Origin: Promethearchaeota archaeon | GTDB lineage: Archaea; Asgardarchaeota; Lokiarchaeia; Sigyniarchaeales; SOKP01 | NCBI GenBank assembly: GCA_018238625.1 | Contig: JABCSY010000003.1 | Coordinates: forward strand, 23,897-87,896 | Length of the DNA: 64,000 bases | Reading direction: 5' to 3' | Part shown: positions 36,987-46,593 of the stretch, piece after piece | How the letters are laid out: every line of letters starts with the position of its first letter | How positions within the stretch are numbered: the stretch's first letter is position 1 | Made by a program: the position numbers and the translations under genes | Notes under the pieces: generated by a model | What the model saw: only the letters and a program-made list of their open reading frames with translations | Database searches by the model: none | Told to the model about the DNA's origin: nothing

Positions 36987-38366
36987 ATGGAATTTGATAT
37001 TATTAAAAAAACTCCTTTCTATAAAGCTTTATCGGAGCTAGGAAAACGCATTTATTTGCCTCAAGGCGTTTTTTATTGGGCTGGAAGAGCCAAAAAGGAA
37101 GCAGAAATAATGGGTACGCTTGGGTCTGCTTTCGGTTACGAAAAAGATTTTATTGAAGGAGGTACTTCTGAATGGCTTCCTTGTTATTTAGAAGATATTA
37201 AGAATTATACCAAATTTAATATAAATGAAATCGTACCATATCCTAAAATCTCTGGGCTTGAAGATCTAAAAACAATCTGGAAGAATTGGATCATTGAAAA
37301 ATCGCTTATCAATAAAGATGTAGAAAAAGAAAAGTTAAATAAACTTGAAAGTTATATTTCAACGCCAGTGATAACATCTGGTTTAACAAATGGAATATTT
37401 TTGTGCTGTAGTTTGCTCCTGAATTCAGGAGATTACGTTATTTCTGCAAACAAAAGATGGGGAAACTACGATAACATTATAGAGAAATTACTTGGTGCAA
37501 AAATTAAATCTTTTGATTTTTTTATTAAGGGTAAATTTAACGCTCAAGGATTAAAAGACGCTATTTACGAAGTTTCAAAAATCCAAGAAAAAATCGTTCT
37601 TATTTTAGGTTTTCCTAACAACCCTACGGGATATGTTCCCCAAAAGAAAGAGCTTGAGGAAATTATTAATGTTTTAAGGCTAGCTCAAAAAGATATTTCT
37701 AAACCTATTATTGTACTTATCGACGATGCTTACGAGCCATACATCTATTCTGATAACGTTATAAATCGCTCAATTTTTTACGACTTACACGATTTAGAAG
37801 AGGATATAATCCCGATTAAAATAGATGGAATAACTAAGGAATTTCTAATGTATGGCGGACGCATTGGGTTCGTTACAATTGGATTAAAGCCAAGCTGGGT
37901 TAGCAACGAAGAAGATCTACGTATTTTAAAAACAGAGATTAATAACAAATTATCTGGTTTAATTAGAACTACGATTTCAAATTCTAATCATTTTTATCAA
38001 AGCTTAATTATAAAACTCTTTACGGATGTAGGAACGGATGGTTTAATTGAAAAAAGAGATAAAGTAAAGGCTCTCCTTAAAGCGAGATACGAAAAAATTA
38101 ATGCGGAACTTAGAAAAATAAAAAGCTCTGATATTTCAGTAGATCCAAACGCAGGAGGTTTCTTTGTTTTTGTAAATCTAAACCCTAAAAAATTTAGCGC
38201 AAACGATTTTGCTGATCACCTTTTAAAAAAATATAAAGTAGGTGTCATTCCCATAGAAAAACCAAATGATAACATTAATGGAATTCGAATTGCATATTGC
38301 TCTATTGATCTTACACAGATTACTGAATTCGTTAACCGAATTAGCCTTGCACTCGTAGATTATTAA
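36987..38366 (+). CDS. PLP-dependent aminotransferase class I/II
   Basis: FPNNPTGY, DDAY and DGITKEF..YGGRIG motifs. Confidence 0.92.
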   Translation: MEFDIIKKTPFYKALSELGKRIYLPQGVFYWAGRAKKEAEIMGTLGSAFGYEKDFIEGGTSEWLPCYLEDIKNYTKFNINEIVPYPKISGLEDLKTIWKNWIIEKSLINKDVEKEKLNKLESYISTPVITSGLTNGIFLCCSLLLNSGDYVISANKRWGNYDNIIEKLLGAKIKSFDFFIKGKFNAQGLKDAIYEVSKIQEKIVLILGFPNNPTGYVPQKKELEEIINVLRLAQKDISKPIIVLIDDAYEPYIYSDNVINRSIFYDLHDLEEDIIPIKIDGITKEFLMYGGRIGFVTIGLKPSWVSNEEDLRILKTEINNKLSGLIRTTISNSNHFYQSLIIKLFTDVGTDGLIEKRDKVKALLKARYEKINAELRKIKSSDISVDPNAGGFFVFVNLNPKKFSANDFADHLLKKYKVGVIPIEKPNDNINGIRIAYCSIDLTQITEFVNRISLALVDY

Positions 38367-38486
38367 TCGAACTCGGATGTTTTTTACATATTATATCATT
38401 TGACTTAGTTATTTTTTCCAAGTAATTAAAAAGACTGAATTTATAATTTTTATAATAAAAAAAAATTCTACTTGAGGAGTATTTTA

Positions 38487-39503
38487 TTGAAATTATATTT
38501 AGTCGATCAAGGTAATTTAAAAGAAATTAAGAAACCAGTTTTTAGTATCGGAGACACATACATCGTGGACGACGATAAAACAATTTACGTGTGGATAGGA
38601 AGTAAATGTAGCGTAGATGAAAAGACAGCTGGGGCAGCACAAGCTCGAACTTTGGACCAACAACGGGGTGGAGCAGCAAAAATAATAACTGTTGATCAAA
38701 ATCAAGAAACATCTGATTTCATGAAATCAATTAATACTATGGGCGCTATGAAGGTTGTTGAGAAGAATTACGCAAAAACTCTTCTCAAAGATGTATCTAC
38801 GGGGGATTTTGCGGGATTCACAGAGTGGAAGAATGTTCTATATCGCGTTTCAGCCGAAGAGTTTGATGGAATTAACACTATGAAAATGATTCAAGTCCCA
38901 TTCGCTAAGGATTCTTTAGAGTCAGAAGATTGTTTTATTGCCGATTTAGGTAATAAAGTTTATATCTGGCAAGGAAGTACGTGCAACGTAAAAGAAAAAG
39001 TTAAGGCGGGTCAATGGGCTAGACACATTGATGCTGAGAGAGCTGGTGCCCAAAACGAGAAGATTTTTGAAGAAGGGGACGATGGCGAATTTCTCGCAGC
39101 GATAGGTAGAGGAGTGGATTATAAAGAATCGGACGCCGTCCAATTTAGAGCTGAATCAGTGTTAGAACCCGAAACAGATGCCGACAGAGCCGCAGCAGAA
39201 ATTCAACCTGAACTCAAATCAGAAGTTAAAGATGTCACTCCTGACGACATAAAAGCAGAGATTGCCCATATTAAAGCCCAAAGTGCTTCTAGCGCCAGTC
39301 CGGGAATCCCAGGACGAAGTGACGATTCTCTTTTAACCGTTGAAAAACCTGAAGGACGCAGAAGATGCCCAAAATGTAACACCGAAAATAAGATGATGCT
39401 TCACGAAACCGTTGATAAAAGCAACATAATTCTTGACTACCCGCGAGTTTACGGTAAGAAATATAAATGTGGCCAATGTGGACAAGAGTGGCGTGAAAAA
39501 TAA
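38487..39503 (+). CDS. Two-domain gelsolin protein with C-terminal zinc ribbon (actin regulator)
   Basis: GDTYIVD...IYVWIGSKCSVDEK and SEDCFIADLGNKVYIWQG...EK gelsolin repeats, then EGRRRCPKC...YKCGQCG. TTG 38487 follows SD GAGGAG. Confidence 0.9.
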   Translation: MKLYLVDQGNLKEIKKPVFSIGDTYIVDDDKTIYVWIGSKCSVDEKTAGAAQARTLDQQRGGAAKIITVDQNQETSDFMKSINTMGAMKVVEKNYAKTLLKDVSTGDFAGFTEWKNVLYRVSAEEFDGINTMKMIQVPFAKDSLESEDCFIADLGNKVYIWQGSTCNVKEKVKAGQWARHIDAERAGAQNEKIFEEGDDGEFLAAIGRGVDYKESDAVQFRAESVLEPETDADRAAAEIQPELKSEVKDVTPDDIKAEIAHIKAQSASSASPGIPGRSDDSLLTVEKPEGRRRCPKCNTENKMMLHETVDKSNIILDYPRVYGKKYKCGQCGQEWREK

Positions 39504-39568
39504 GCTATTTGATTTATTTTTTTTATCTTTTTTTAATTTAATTTTACAAATTTATGAGTTTTAAAGGT

Positions 39569-40837
39569 TTAGGATTTTTTAATATCTCTACGCATAACTT
39601 TAATTTTTTTCTTTAATTCAATTATTTCACTGTCTTTGGCTTCGTATTTGGATTCAAGCTTCAGTTTTTCGTCCTTAACTTTTTGCATTTCTGTTAGAAT
39701 CCTGTCTTCGATTTGTTCCTGTTCGTACAACTTGTCTTTTGATTTTTTTCCATTTTCCCTCAAGTCTTTTATTTCGGCTATTTGTTCGTCAATAACATTT
39801 CTTAAATTTATTATTTCTAATTCGAGTTTCCCAACGCTGTTGCCAGATTTTTCTTGGGATTCTTCTAGCCTCGCTTGAATTTGATTGATAAATTCTTCAT
39901 TGGTTATATTTTTTTGAGTTAATTTTTCAAGCTCTAACACTAAATTATTAATCCGTTCTTCTTTTTTCTCTACATCTTTTTTCACTAAACTGAAAGTTTC
40001 AAGCTTCTGTTGCATATCTTTTATCGATTGATTGAAAGATTGTTGCAAGCTTTCAAGTTTAAATATTTCTTTTTCTTTTTCAGTAATAATTTCGTCTTTT
40101 TTCTCTATTAATATCGTGACTTTTTCGAATTTCGATTTTTGAACGGTGTCATTTTCTAAATATTGGAGTTGTTCCGTCATCTCTTTAATTTTGTTGTCTT
40201 TTTCTTGTAGTCGTTCAACTAACCCTTTACTCGCCGATTCTTCGGACTTTAATTGCTCTAATTCTGAAGTAAGGTTTTGAATTTTCTGATTTTGATCGCT
40301 AATGTCATTGTTTAGCTCGTTGATCTTGCTAGTTTGATCTTGGATAGTTTGGTTTTTTTCTTTACTCGAGAAATCTAATTCTTGAACTTGTTGGTCTTTA
40401 TCTCCTAACTGAGATTTTAACGCTTCAATTTCTTGTTCTTTGCTCTCGATTGAACTGCTTACCTCTGAATCCACTATTGTGGCTTCGTTTAATAGTTGAA
40501 TTTTTGATTCGAGCTCACTTATAACTTCATCTTTTTGAACAACTATTTGAAGGACGTCTTCTATTGTAGAATTGGTTTCATTAGTCAATTGAAGGGCTTT
40601 TTCTTTTTCTTGAGAGAGGGTATCAGATGCAATCTGAAGACTTTCGTTTTCTTCTTTAAGCTTACTGATTTCTTCGTTTAGTTGTTTATTCTGTTCTATA
40701 AAGAGATTCAACTGCTCTGTGAGTTTCTCTTCTTCGGAAAGTGGAGCTTCCTCTTCCAAATCTTTCTCTTCAATCCAGCCAAGTGAACTTAACGCGTCTA
40801 CCATTGACGCATCTTCTTCTTTTTCTCTCTCTGCCAT
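39569..40837 (-). CDS. Long coiled-coil protein
   Basis: About 380 aa of E/K/Q/L heptads with no ATPase motifs. Confidence 0.75.
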   Translation of the reverse strand: MAEREKEEDASMVDALSSLGWIEEKDLEEEAPLSEEEKLTEQLNLFIEQNKQLNEEISKLKEENESLQIASDTLSQEKEKALQLTNETNSTIEDVLQIVVQKDEVISELESKIQLLNEATIVDSEVSSSIESKEQEIEALKSQLGDKDQQVQELDFSSKEKNQTIQDQTSKINELNNDISDQNQKIQNLTSELEQLKSEESASKGLVERLQEKDNKIKEMTEQLQYLENDTVQKSKFEKVTILIEKKDEIITEKEKEIFKLESLQQSFNQSIKDMQQKLETFSLVKKDVEKKEERINNLVLELEKLTQKNITNEEFINQIQARLEESQEKSGNSVGKLELEIINLRNVIDEQIAEIKDLRENGKKSKDKLYEQEQIEDRILTEMQKVKDEKLKLESKYEAKDSEIIELKKKIKVMRRDIKKS

Positions 40838-41019
40838 AATATTATAAACAATTTTTGGTCTATTAAATTTTTCTAGTTGTAATTAAAAATATAATCTTAT
40901 TAAAATGAAAATCGTTAATCAGAATTAAACAAAACTATATTTACATTAACTTTAGGAAACCTAATTGTCTTAAATTTTTAACGTGAAATCAAAAAATCTG
41001 GATTAGCTTTTGACGCTTG

Positions 41020-41496
41020 TCAGTATTCTTTTGTGAAGACATATTTTTTGTCTAGAAAAAACTTTGTAATATAACCAATAGATAAAGCTATCACAAAAGA
41101 AATTTCTAAAGGTGCATTGAAAACATTGGTTAAGATAAATTGAATTCCTATGTTTAATATTGTTGTTAAGATCGCGAATCCAAAGTATTTAAAAAACTCT
41201 TGCGAAGTTTCCTTCATCTTTAAGCTTGATTTTTTGAAAACTATATATTTATCTAGAAAAAATTTAATTATGTACGTAATCCCTACGGCTGCAATCGAGC
41301 CTATTAATTCATGCATATTAGGCGTATTAGAGCAATAAAACAACTGTAAAAACTCTATAGTTCCAAAATTCCCACAGATAAAAGGTGCTATAACAATTTC
41401 GTTTGTCTTTTGAATAACATAGTTTAGCGCAATCATACAAGCGGCAAAAATAAAATAGAGTGCCATTTGCTTTTTGGCATTGTTTTGATCTTCCAT
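41020..41496 (-). CDS. GtrA family membrane protein
   Basis: Two KFFLDK.(Y/I)VF repeats and an EFFKY..FA motif. Confidence 0.85.
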   Translation of the reverse strand: MEDQNNAKKQMALYFIFAACMIALNYVIQKTNEIVIAPFICGNFGTIEFLQLFYCSNTPNMHELIGSIAAVGITYIIKFFLDKYIVFKKSSLKMKETSQEFFKYFGFAILTTILNIGIQFILTNVFNAPLEISFVIALSIGYITKFFLDKKYVFTKEY

Positions 41497-41551
41497 ATTT
41501 TAAATCAATCTAAAACTAGTAGAATATTCAAAATTTATTTTCTAATTTAGG

Positions 41552-42157
41552 TCATTTTTTAACGCGGTTTTTCCAAGAATCTTCTTGTTCATCGACAAAT
41601 TCTCGTTCTTGAATTGGTTCGTTAACTTGTCTTGTCAACTGAATAAAGCTTTCGGAATCCTCTGATTTGGGTGATACTCTCCCTAATATTGATGGTTTTT
41701 TTCGTTTAACTTCTTTACCAGTCAATTTTTTATACAATCTCTTAATCCCATAAAGAATTAAGCTAAATGTTATTGAGAACAAAAAGTATACTGCAAACCA
41801 TCCACTTCCAAAAATTAAGATTGGAAACGGAAGAAGTCCTGCCTCATAACCCGCATATACTGTTCCAAAGACAGCAAAGAGCCCCATAAAAATAATACAT
41901 CTTACACAAGACGGAATCATTTGCTTTTTCATCATTATTTTTGTTAGTTCCATTGATTCTCGTTGTAGGTCTTGCATTATTTGAGCGTTTCCAGTAAGTT
42001 GAGCCGCTTTCATTCGTTCTTGTAAATTTTTTGATTTTTCTCTTAGTTCTCTTGCGGCATCCTTATTTACACCCATTAGCTTATTAAGAAGCTCGCTTAC
42101 ACCAACCATTGCGAGCGTAATAAACATAATTCCGATAATAATTTCTTCGTTTGCCAT
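41552..42157 (-). CDS. EMC3/TMCO1/DUF106 family (Oxa1 superfamily) membrane insertase
   Basis: TM1, coiled-coil hairpin (Q.E.ME....MMK.QM.P), TM2, LPFPI...GWFAVYFL.S. Confidence 0.8.
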   Translation of the reverse strand: MANEEIIIGIMFITLAMVGVSELLNKLMGVNKDAARELREKSKNLQERMKAAQLTGNAQIMQDLQRESMELTKIMMKKQMIPSCVRCIIFMGLFAVFGTVYAGYEAGLLPFPILIFGSGWFAVYFLFSITFSLILYGIKRLYKKLTGKEVKRKKPSILGRVSPKSEDSESFIQLTRQVNEPIQEREFVDEQEDSWKNRVKK

Positions 42158-42265
42158 TATTCCTCACTATTATAAGAAAATCACAATTTTAAATAAATTT
42201 TATTATCTCATTTTTGGAATTATAATTCTAAGCTATAAATAACAAAGGACGAATAATTGCACCAA

Positions 42266-43330
42266 TCATCTTAAATTTCCTTTCAGATAACCTTGAATAT
42301 ATTTAGCGTATAATGTTTTCCATGTTGTTGGGAGACTTGAGGCAATAGCACATCCCAATCGACACTTATCGCAAAAATCATAAGTGTCGTGCTTCTTCAT
42401 TATTTCTCTTACTTCGCTTGAGTAATAGATGCTATCAATAGTATTTTTTAACGCGTTAAAGCTTTTTACAGGGTGAATTTTGCATGGATAATCTATGAAA
42501 CCATCATACCTCACAAATAAATATGCTTCTGCTACATGACATCGCAAACTCGTTTGATGGTATTCTGGAGCCCCTCCAAAGCCTCCCTTTTCTACAACAT
42601 TAATACTGATAGGGTCGGTTAATATATTTTTATATTTAGATCTTAAAGAATGAAGTAATTTTGCCCAAACTGAAAGATCGGGAATCATATCTTCTATGTT
42701 ATTAATTTTATATTGAAAATTTCGATGATCTCTTATAATATCTTCGCACGGAAATAATTCTATGGAACAATTTAGGTTTTCGGCCAGTTCGCAGATATTG
42801 TCAAGAAATCGTATGTTGTCTTTCATAACAACGGTGCTAATTATAACGCTTATGTCTCTTTTATTTGATAAGGCTATCGTTTCCATAACTCTATCAAAAA
42901 CTTTAATTCCTCGCTTTTTATCGTGTAATTCTGCTGTAGGGTAATCGAGAGAGAGCAGTATGTAATCTAAGCCCTCTAACCTACTTTTTTCCTTTAAAAA
43001 TTGAGGCATTAAATATCCATTTGTCGCAATTCCATTCATAAAATCGTGGACAACTCCCGCGTGATAGACTAATTCTGGGAGATCCTTCCTTAAAGTTGGT
43101 TCGCCTCCGGTAAAAGAAAGCGCGTTAACCCCCAATCCGGATATTTGATCAATCAACGATGTTATCTGGTGTGTAGACATCTCATTAGATTTAAGGCGTT
43201 TTGGTATCAATGGAAATGAACAAAAAGGACAATTCGCATTACATCTTAACGTAAGTTCAATTTGTGCAGAATAGGGTACTTTTTTATTGGTGAATTTGTT
43301 CAGGGTGAAATTTCTCATATATCTAAGCAA
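42266..43330 (-). CDS. Radical SAM protein with C-terminal Cys-rich (twitch/SPASM-like) domain
   Basis: CNANCPFC, TGGEPTL, TNG and C-terminal CDKCRLGC. Start uncertain. Confidence 0.9.
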   Translation of the reverse strand: MLRYMRNFTLNKFTNKKVPYSAQIELTLRCNANCPFCSFPLIPKRLKSNEMSTHQITSLIDQISGLGVNALSFTGGEPTLRKDLPELVYHAGVVHDFMNGIATNGYLMPQFLKEKSRLEGLDYILLSLDYPTAELHDKKRGIKVFDRVMETIALSNKRDISVIISTVVMKDNIRFLDNICELAENLNCSIELFPCEDIIRDHRNFQYKINNIEDMIPDLSVWAKLLHSLRSKYKNILTDPISINVVEKGGFGGAPEYHQTSLRCHVAEAYLFVRYDGFIDYPCKIHPVKSFNALKNTIDSIYYSSEVREIMKKHDTYDFCDKCRLGCAIASSLPTTWKTLYAKYIQGYLKGNLR

Positions 43331-43517
43331 ATTTTTTATTCTTATTGGAGGGATTTTATTTCACCTTGATGCGGTATACGACTTGTTATAAATTATTATC
43401 ATTTAGTTGTGTTAGTGTTAAAAAGATAACCAAAAGGAACTATCGTAAAAAAGCGATAAATTTCATAGATTAAAAGATACATTATAAAAAAAGATTAAAA
43501 AAAAGATTTATTTAGAA

Positions 43518-43853
43518 TTAAGCTTCAGTTCCACAACTCTTGCAGATATAGCGTTTAGCATATATCTTCATTCCACCTTGCTGGAATAGTACTTGAGTTT
43601 TATCTTCTTCAGTGTTAAATGTAATCCCCCCACAAGCTGGACAAACCCTTCTCCCTTCAACTGGTGGTTTCTCTATAGCCTTTTGTTCTTCTTCTTGCTT
43701 TTCAACTATAGCAGAAGGTTTAACATATCCTTCCCCCATTGAAGCTACAACTCTCGTTTCAACTCCTTCAGATCTTTTGGTATCTAAAAGTTTATCAAGT
43801 TTTTCGTTGATCTTTTCTAGTAAATTCAATATTTTTTCTTCGAATTCAGACAT
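43518..43853 (-). CDS. Small zinc-ribbon protein
   Basis: EGRRVCPACG...EDKT...IYAKRYICKSCG, the same motif as the gelsolin tail. SD GAGGAG. Confidence 0.8.
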   Translation of the reverse strand: MSEFEEKILNLLEKINEKLDKLLDTKRSEGVETRVVASMGEGYVKPSAIVEKQEEEQKAIEKPPVEGRRVCPACGGITFNTEEDKTQVLFQQGGMKIYAKRYICKSCGTEA

Positions 43854-44001
43854 TTAAACATCTCCTCACTCGTTATTTTGTTGAAATAATGCTTTTTATT
43901 AAATGATCTAAGGTTGACATTATATATTTTTGTAAAAAGTAAATTGTACTTTCTCATTAAAGAACTAGAAAAATGAAGAATGTAGGACAGCAAGGTAAAA
44001 A

Positions 44002-44289
44002 CTAACTTACTATAGGGGCTTTCAATTTCTTAGTTACTGGTCCATCTATTGGAAAATTCTTTGCTTGGTAATATGTGTAAATTCCTACCCCTATAATAAA
44101 TAAGGATACAAATAAATAACCAAACCAAAAAACAATTCCTATTACGAAATAGACAGGATCTTCAACTCCACCACCGGGCAATGAAAAAAAGAATATGCCA
44201 ATTAGAGCTGATATTGAACAGATTGTACCACATATACAATCAAAATAAATTTGTATTCTTTCGTTTCTTACTTTATTGTTTGAAGGCAT
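44002..44289 (-). CDS. Small 2-TM membrane protein
   Basis: 95-aa ORF with SD AGGAGG. Confidence 0.7.
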   Translation of the reverse strand: MPSNNKVRNERIQIYFDCICGTICSISALIGIFFFSLPGGGVEDPVYFVIGIVFWFGYLFVSLFIIGVGIYTYYQAKNFPIDGPVTKKLKAPIVS

Positions 44290-44453
44290 TATTCAATCCT
44301 CCTTAATTGAAAATTATAAAAAAAATGTCAATTTAATGATCTAAGAATGCTAATAAAAATTTATGGAAAAAGAAAAAAATTACCAAATAATTAATTGATT
44401 TTTTCAACTCAAGGTAGAAAATTATAATTTCAATTACTTTTCAATAATTTTTA

Positions 44454-44909
44454 TTAAAATACTCTTCTTTTTCCTTCTATAGATTCAAAATAATCGAGTA
44501 CTGACTCTTTTATTTCAACGGCAGGAAAGATTAGCCTTGACTTATTTATGTAGTCCATGGCATCGTTCCAACCCCATGTGGGGTTTTCCTTTAAAATCCA
44601 TGCTACAATAATCCCTCCACTTCGAGATATTCCCATAGCACAATGCACTAAAACCTTTCCATCCATTATGTGTTGATCGATAAAGGATAATATCTCTTCT
44701 ATATAACTGTGTGGCGGGTACCAATCGTCAGGAAACCCTTTGTAAAGGTAAGCAAATCCTAGGCGTGTTGGGTCGTAAAAATTTTCTTCCATTACATTTA
44801 CTATAGCCGTAATCCCAATTTCTTTAAACTTTTCGAAGTTTAATCTTGGCCAATAAGCACCTATATACAAATTATCGTGAACCTTATAAATTTGATCTAA
44901 TTCAACCAT
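44454..44909 (-). CDS. Dual-specificity protein phosphatase
   Basis: VLVHCAMGISRS (HCX5R motif). Confidence 0.92.
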   Translation of the reverse strand: MVELDQIYKVHDNLYIGAYWPRLNFEKFKEIGITAIVNVMEENFYDPTRLGFAYLYKGFPDDWYPPHSYIEEILSFIDQHIMDGKVLVHCAMGISRSGGIIVAWILKENPTWGWNDAMDYINKSRLIFPAVEIKESVLDYFESIEGKRRVF

Positions 44910-44969
44910 TGTAGTATCCCCTAGGCTCTTTTAATATAATTACTAAACATTTTCAGTATCATTCTTTAA

Positions 44970-46109
44970 TTAAGTCGGTAAGAGTTTTATTTTATTAGGT
45001 GGAAGGATTTTATTCAATAAGTTAGCAAAAAGTGTCGAAATTCCCATCTTTAAAAAAGATTTTTTGAGAGCTCGAAGCAACTCATCATTACTTTTATAAG
45101 TTAGTAATTGTTTCTCTGAGTTCTTATTAATTTTAACAATAACTTTTCGCATTTTTTTTTCGTATAATTTTATTGCGGGGATTTTATTTTTTTCACTTTT
45201 TATAATTGCCTTTGCTACTAATCGCCCACTTAAAGCAGCGGCATCCATTCCTAAACCTCGATACATGTCAACCAATCCAGCAGCATCTCCCGCGAAAAAC
45301 AGATTATTAGTTCCTAAAAAGACATGATTAGGTGCGTCTAACCGAAATGTTGAAGCATAACCTTCTCTCTTAACTATATCACCTTGCAATCTGAATGTAT
45401 TCTTTACATATTTCAGTAGCATATCGCAACGCTTGATAACATTATCAGTGTGGCCCGTACCTATTACCCATAAGTCGTTTTTTTTATAAGCCCAGGCAAA
45501 CATCAAATTATTATAATTAAGATTCCAAAATTGGTAAAGTGTGTGAGGATCTAAATCTCCATCCCCTATTGTCCTTAAGTAATAATTCATAGTGGGAGCT
45601 AAAGGTTTTTGAGAAAAATCTTGTGGTTTTAACTTACGTCGGATTGAAGATGTTAATCCATCGGCAGCAATTAAATACTTTGTTCTTACCTGTTCGATAT
45701 CTTGATGTTTTGGTCGAAGTTTTACAATAAAACTTTGTTGCTTATGTTCAAATTCAGTACATCTTACTCCATCCCTAAAATTTGCCCCTGCTTCAACAGC
45801 AATTTCGTTTAACCAATTATCAAAAACATCGCGAGTAAAATTGAGCATACTAAATGGAACTTTAAAAGATTTACCATTTGGGTATTCCATATATAGGGAT
45901 TTTAGCTGATTTTGACATAATTTATCTTTAGGAATTTTTCTTCCCAATAATTTTTCAAAATATCCGAATTGAATCCCACTACAAGGTTTCTCTCTTGGCG
46001 TCTTTGCAGCTTCCACTATCAATGTTCTCATGCCGGCTTCTGCGAGATATCGTCCAGCAACTGAACCAGCTATAGAACCTCCAATGATTACAACATCAAA
46101 ATCTTCCAT
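44970..46109 (-). CDS. Geranylgeranyl reductase family FAD-dependent oxidoreductase
   Basis: IGGSIAGS, REKPCSG, ADG and GDAAGLVD...G motifs. Confidence 0.85.
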   Translation of the reverse strand: MEDFDVVIIGGSIAGSVAGRYLAEAGMRTLIVEAAKTPREKPCSGIQFGYFEKLLGRKIPKDKLCQNQLKSLYMEYPNGKSFKVPFSMLNFTRDVFDNWLNEIAVEAGANFRDGVRCTEFEHKQQSFIVKLRPKHQDIEQVRTKYLIAADGLTSSIRRKLKPQDFSQKPLAPTMNYYLRTIGDGDLDPHTLYQFWNLNYNNLMFAWAYKKNDLWVIGTGHTDNVIKRCDMLLKYVKNTFRLQGDIVKREGYASTFRLDAPNHVFLGTNNLFFAGDAAGLVDMYRGLGMDAAALSGRLVAKAIIKSEKNKIPAIKLYEKKMRKVIVKINKNSEKQLLTYKSNDELLRALKKSFLKMGISTLFANLLNKILPPNKIKLLPT

Positions 46110-46191
46110 AATTATACCTCAAAACTATAAAGCAATGTAAATATCGAATAAACCGATTTCACATTATAGAATGAAAAGGAGCTAAAAATTA

Positions 46192-46572
46192 TTATATTTT
46201 TGCTAAATCTCTACTAGCAATAATATTAACATCTAATTCAAGTATATTTTCTATGAGAATATCCCCCATTTTAATTGGTGCTTTTACTTCAATTTGAGCG
46301 ACCTCGTTTAAGGCGTCTCTTAATTTATCTTTTAGAATTGGTATATTACTTCTTACCGGGATTAGAGGTAAGAAACCATCCTCCACCCTAATTGTCGTGG
46401 TAAGGATTCTCTTAGGTTCGTAATATTCTTGCTCTGCGTATTCTAATCCCCTTTTACAAGCGTACCCTTCAAATGATATTTCAGAATCCTTTGAAATCAC
46501 TTTTATTTGGCAGCCAGTGGGACATACGATACATCTAATTACTTTTACAACGCTTACACTACTTTCACTCAT
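46192..46572 (-). CDS. DUF1667 (CxxC) protein
   Basis: CIVCPTGC, CKRG and PKRILTTT motifs. Confidence 0.9.
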   Translation of the reverse strand: MSESSVSVVKVIRCIVCPTGCQIKVISKDSEISFEGYACKRGLEYAEQEYYEPKRILTTTIRVEDGFLPLIPVRSNIPILKDKLRDALNEVAQIEVKAPIKMGDILIENILELDVNIIASRDLAKI

Positions 46573-46593
46573 TATTTAACTCACCTATGATTT

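Noticed and set aside
39569-40837. SMC/Rad50 ATPase call for the long coiled-coil protein
   Set aside because: No Walker A/B, signature or hinge/hook motif.
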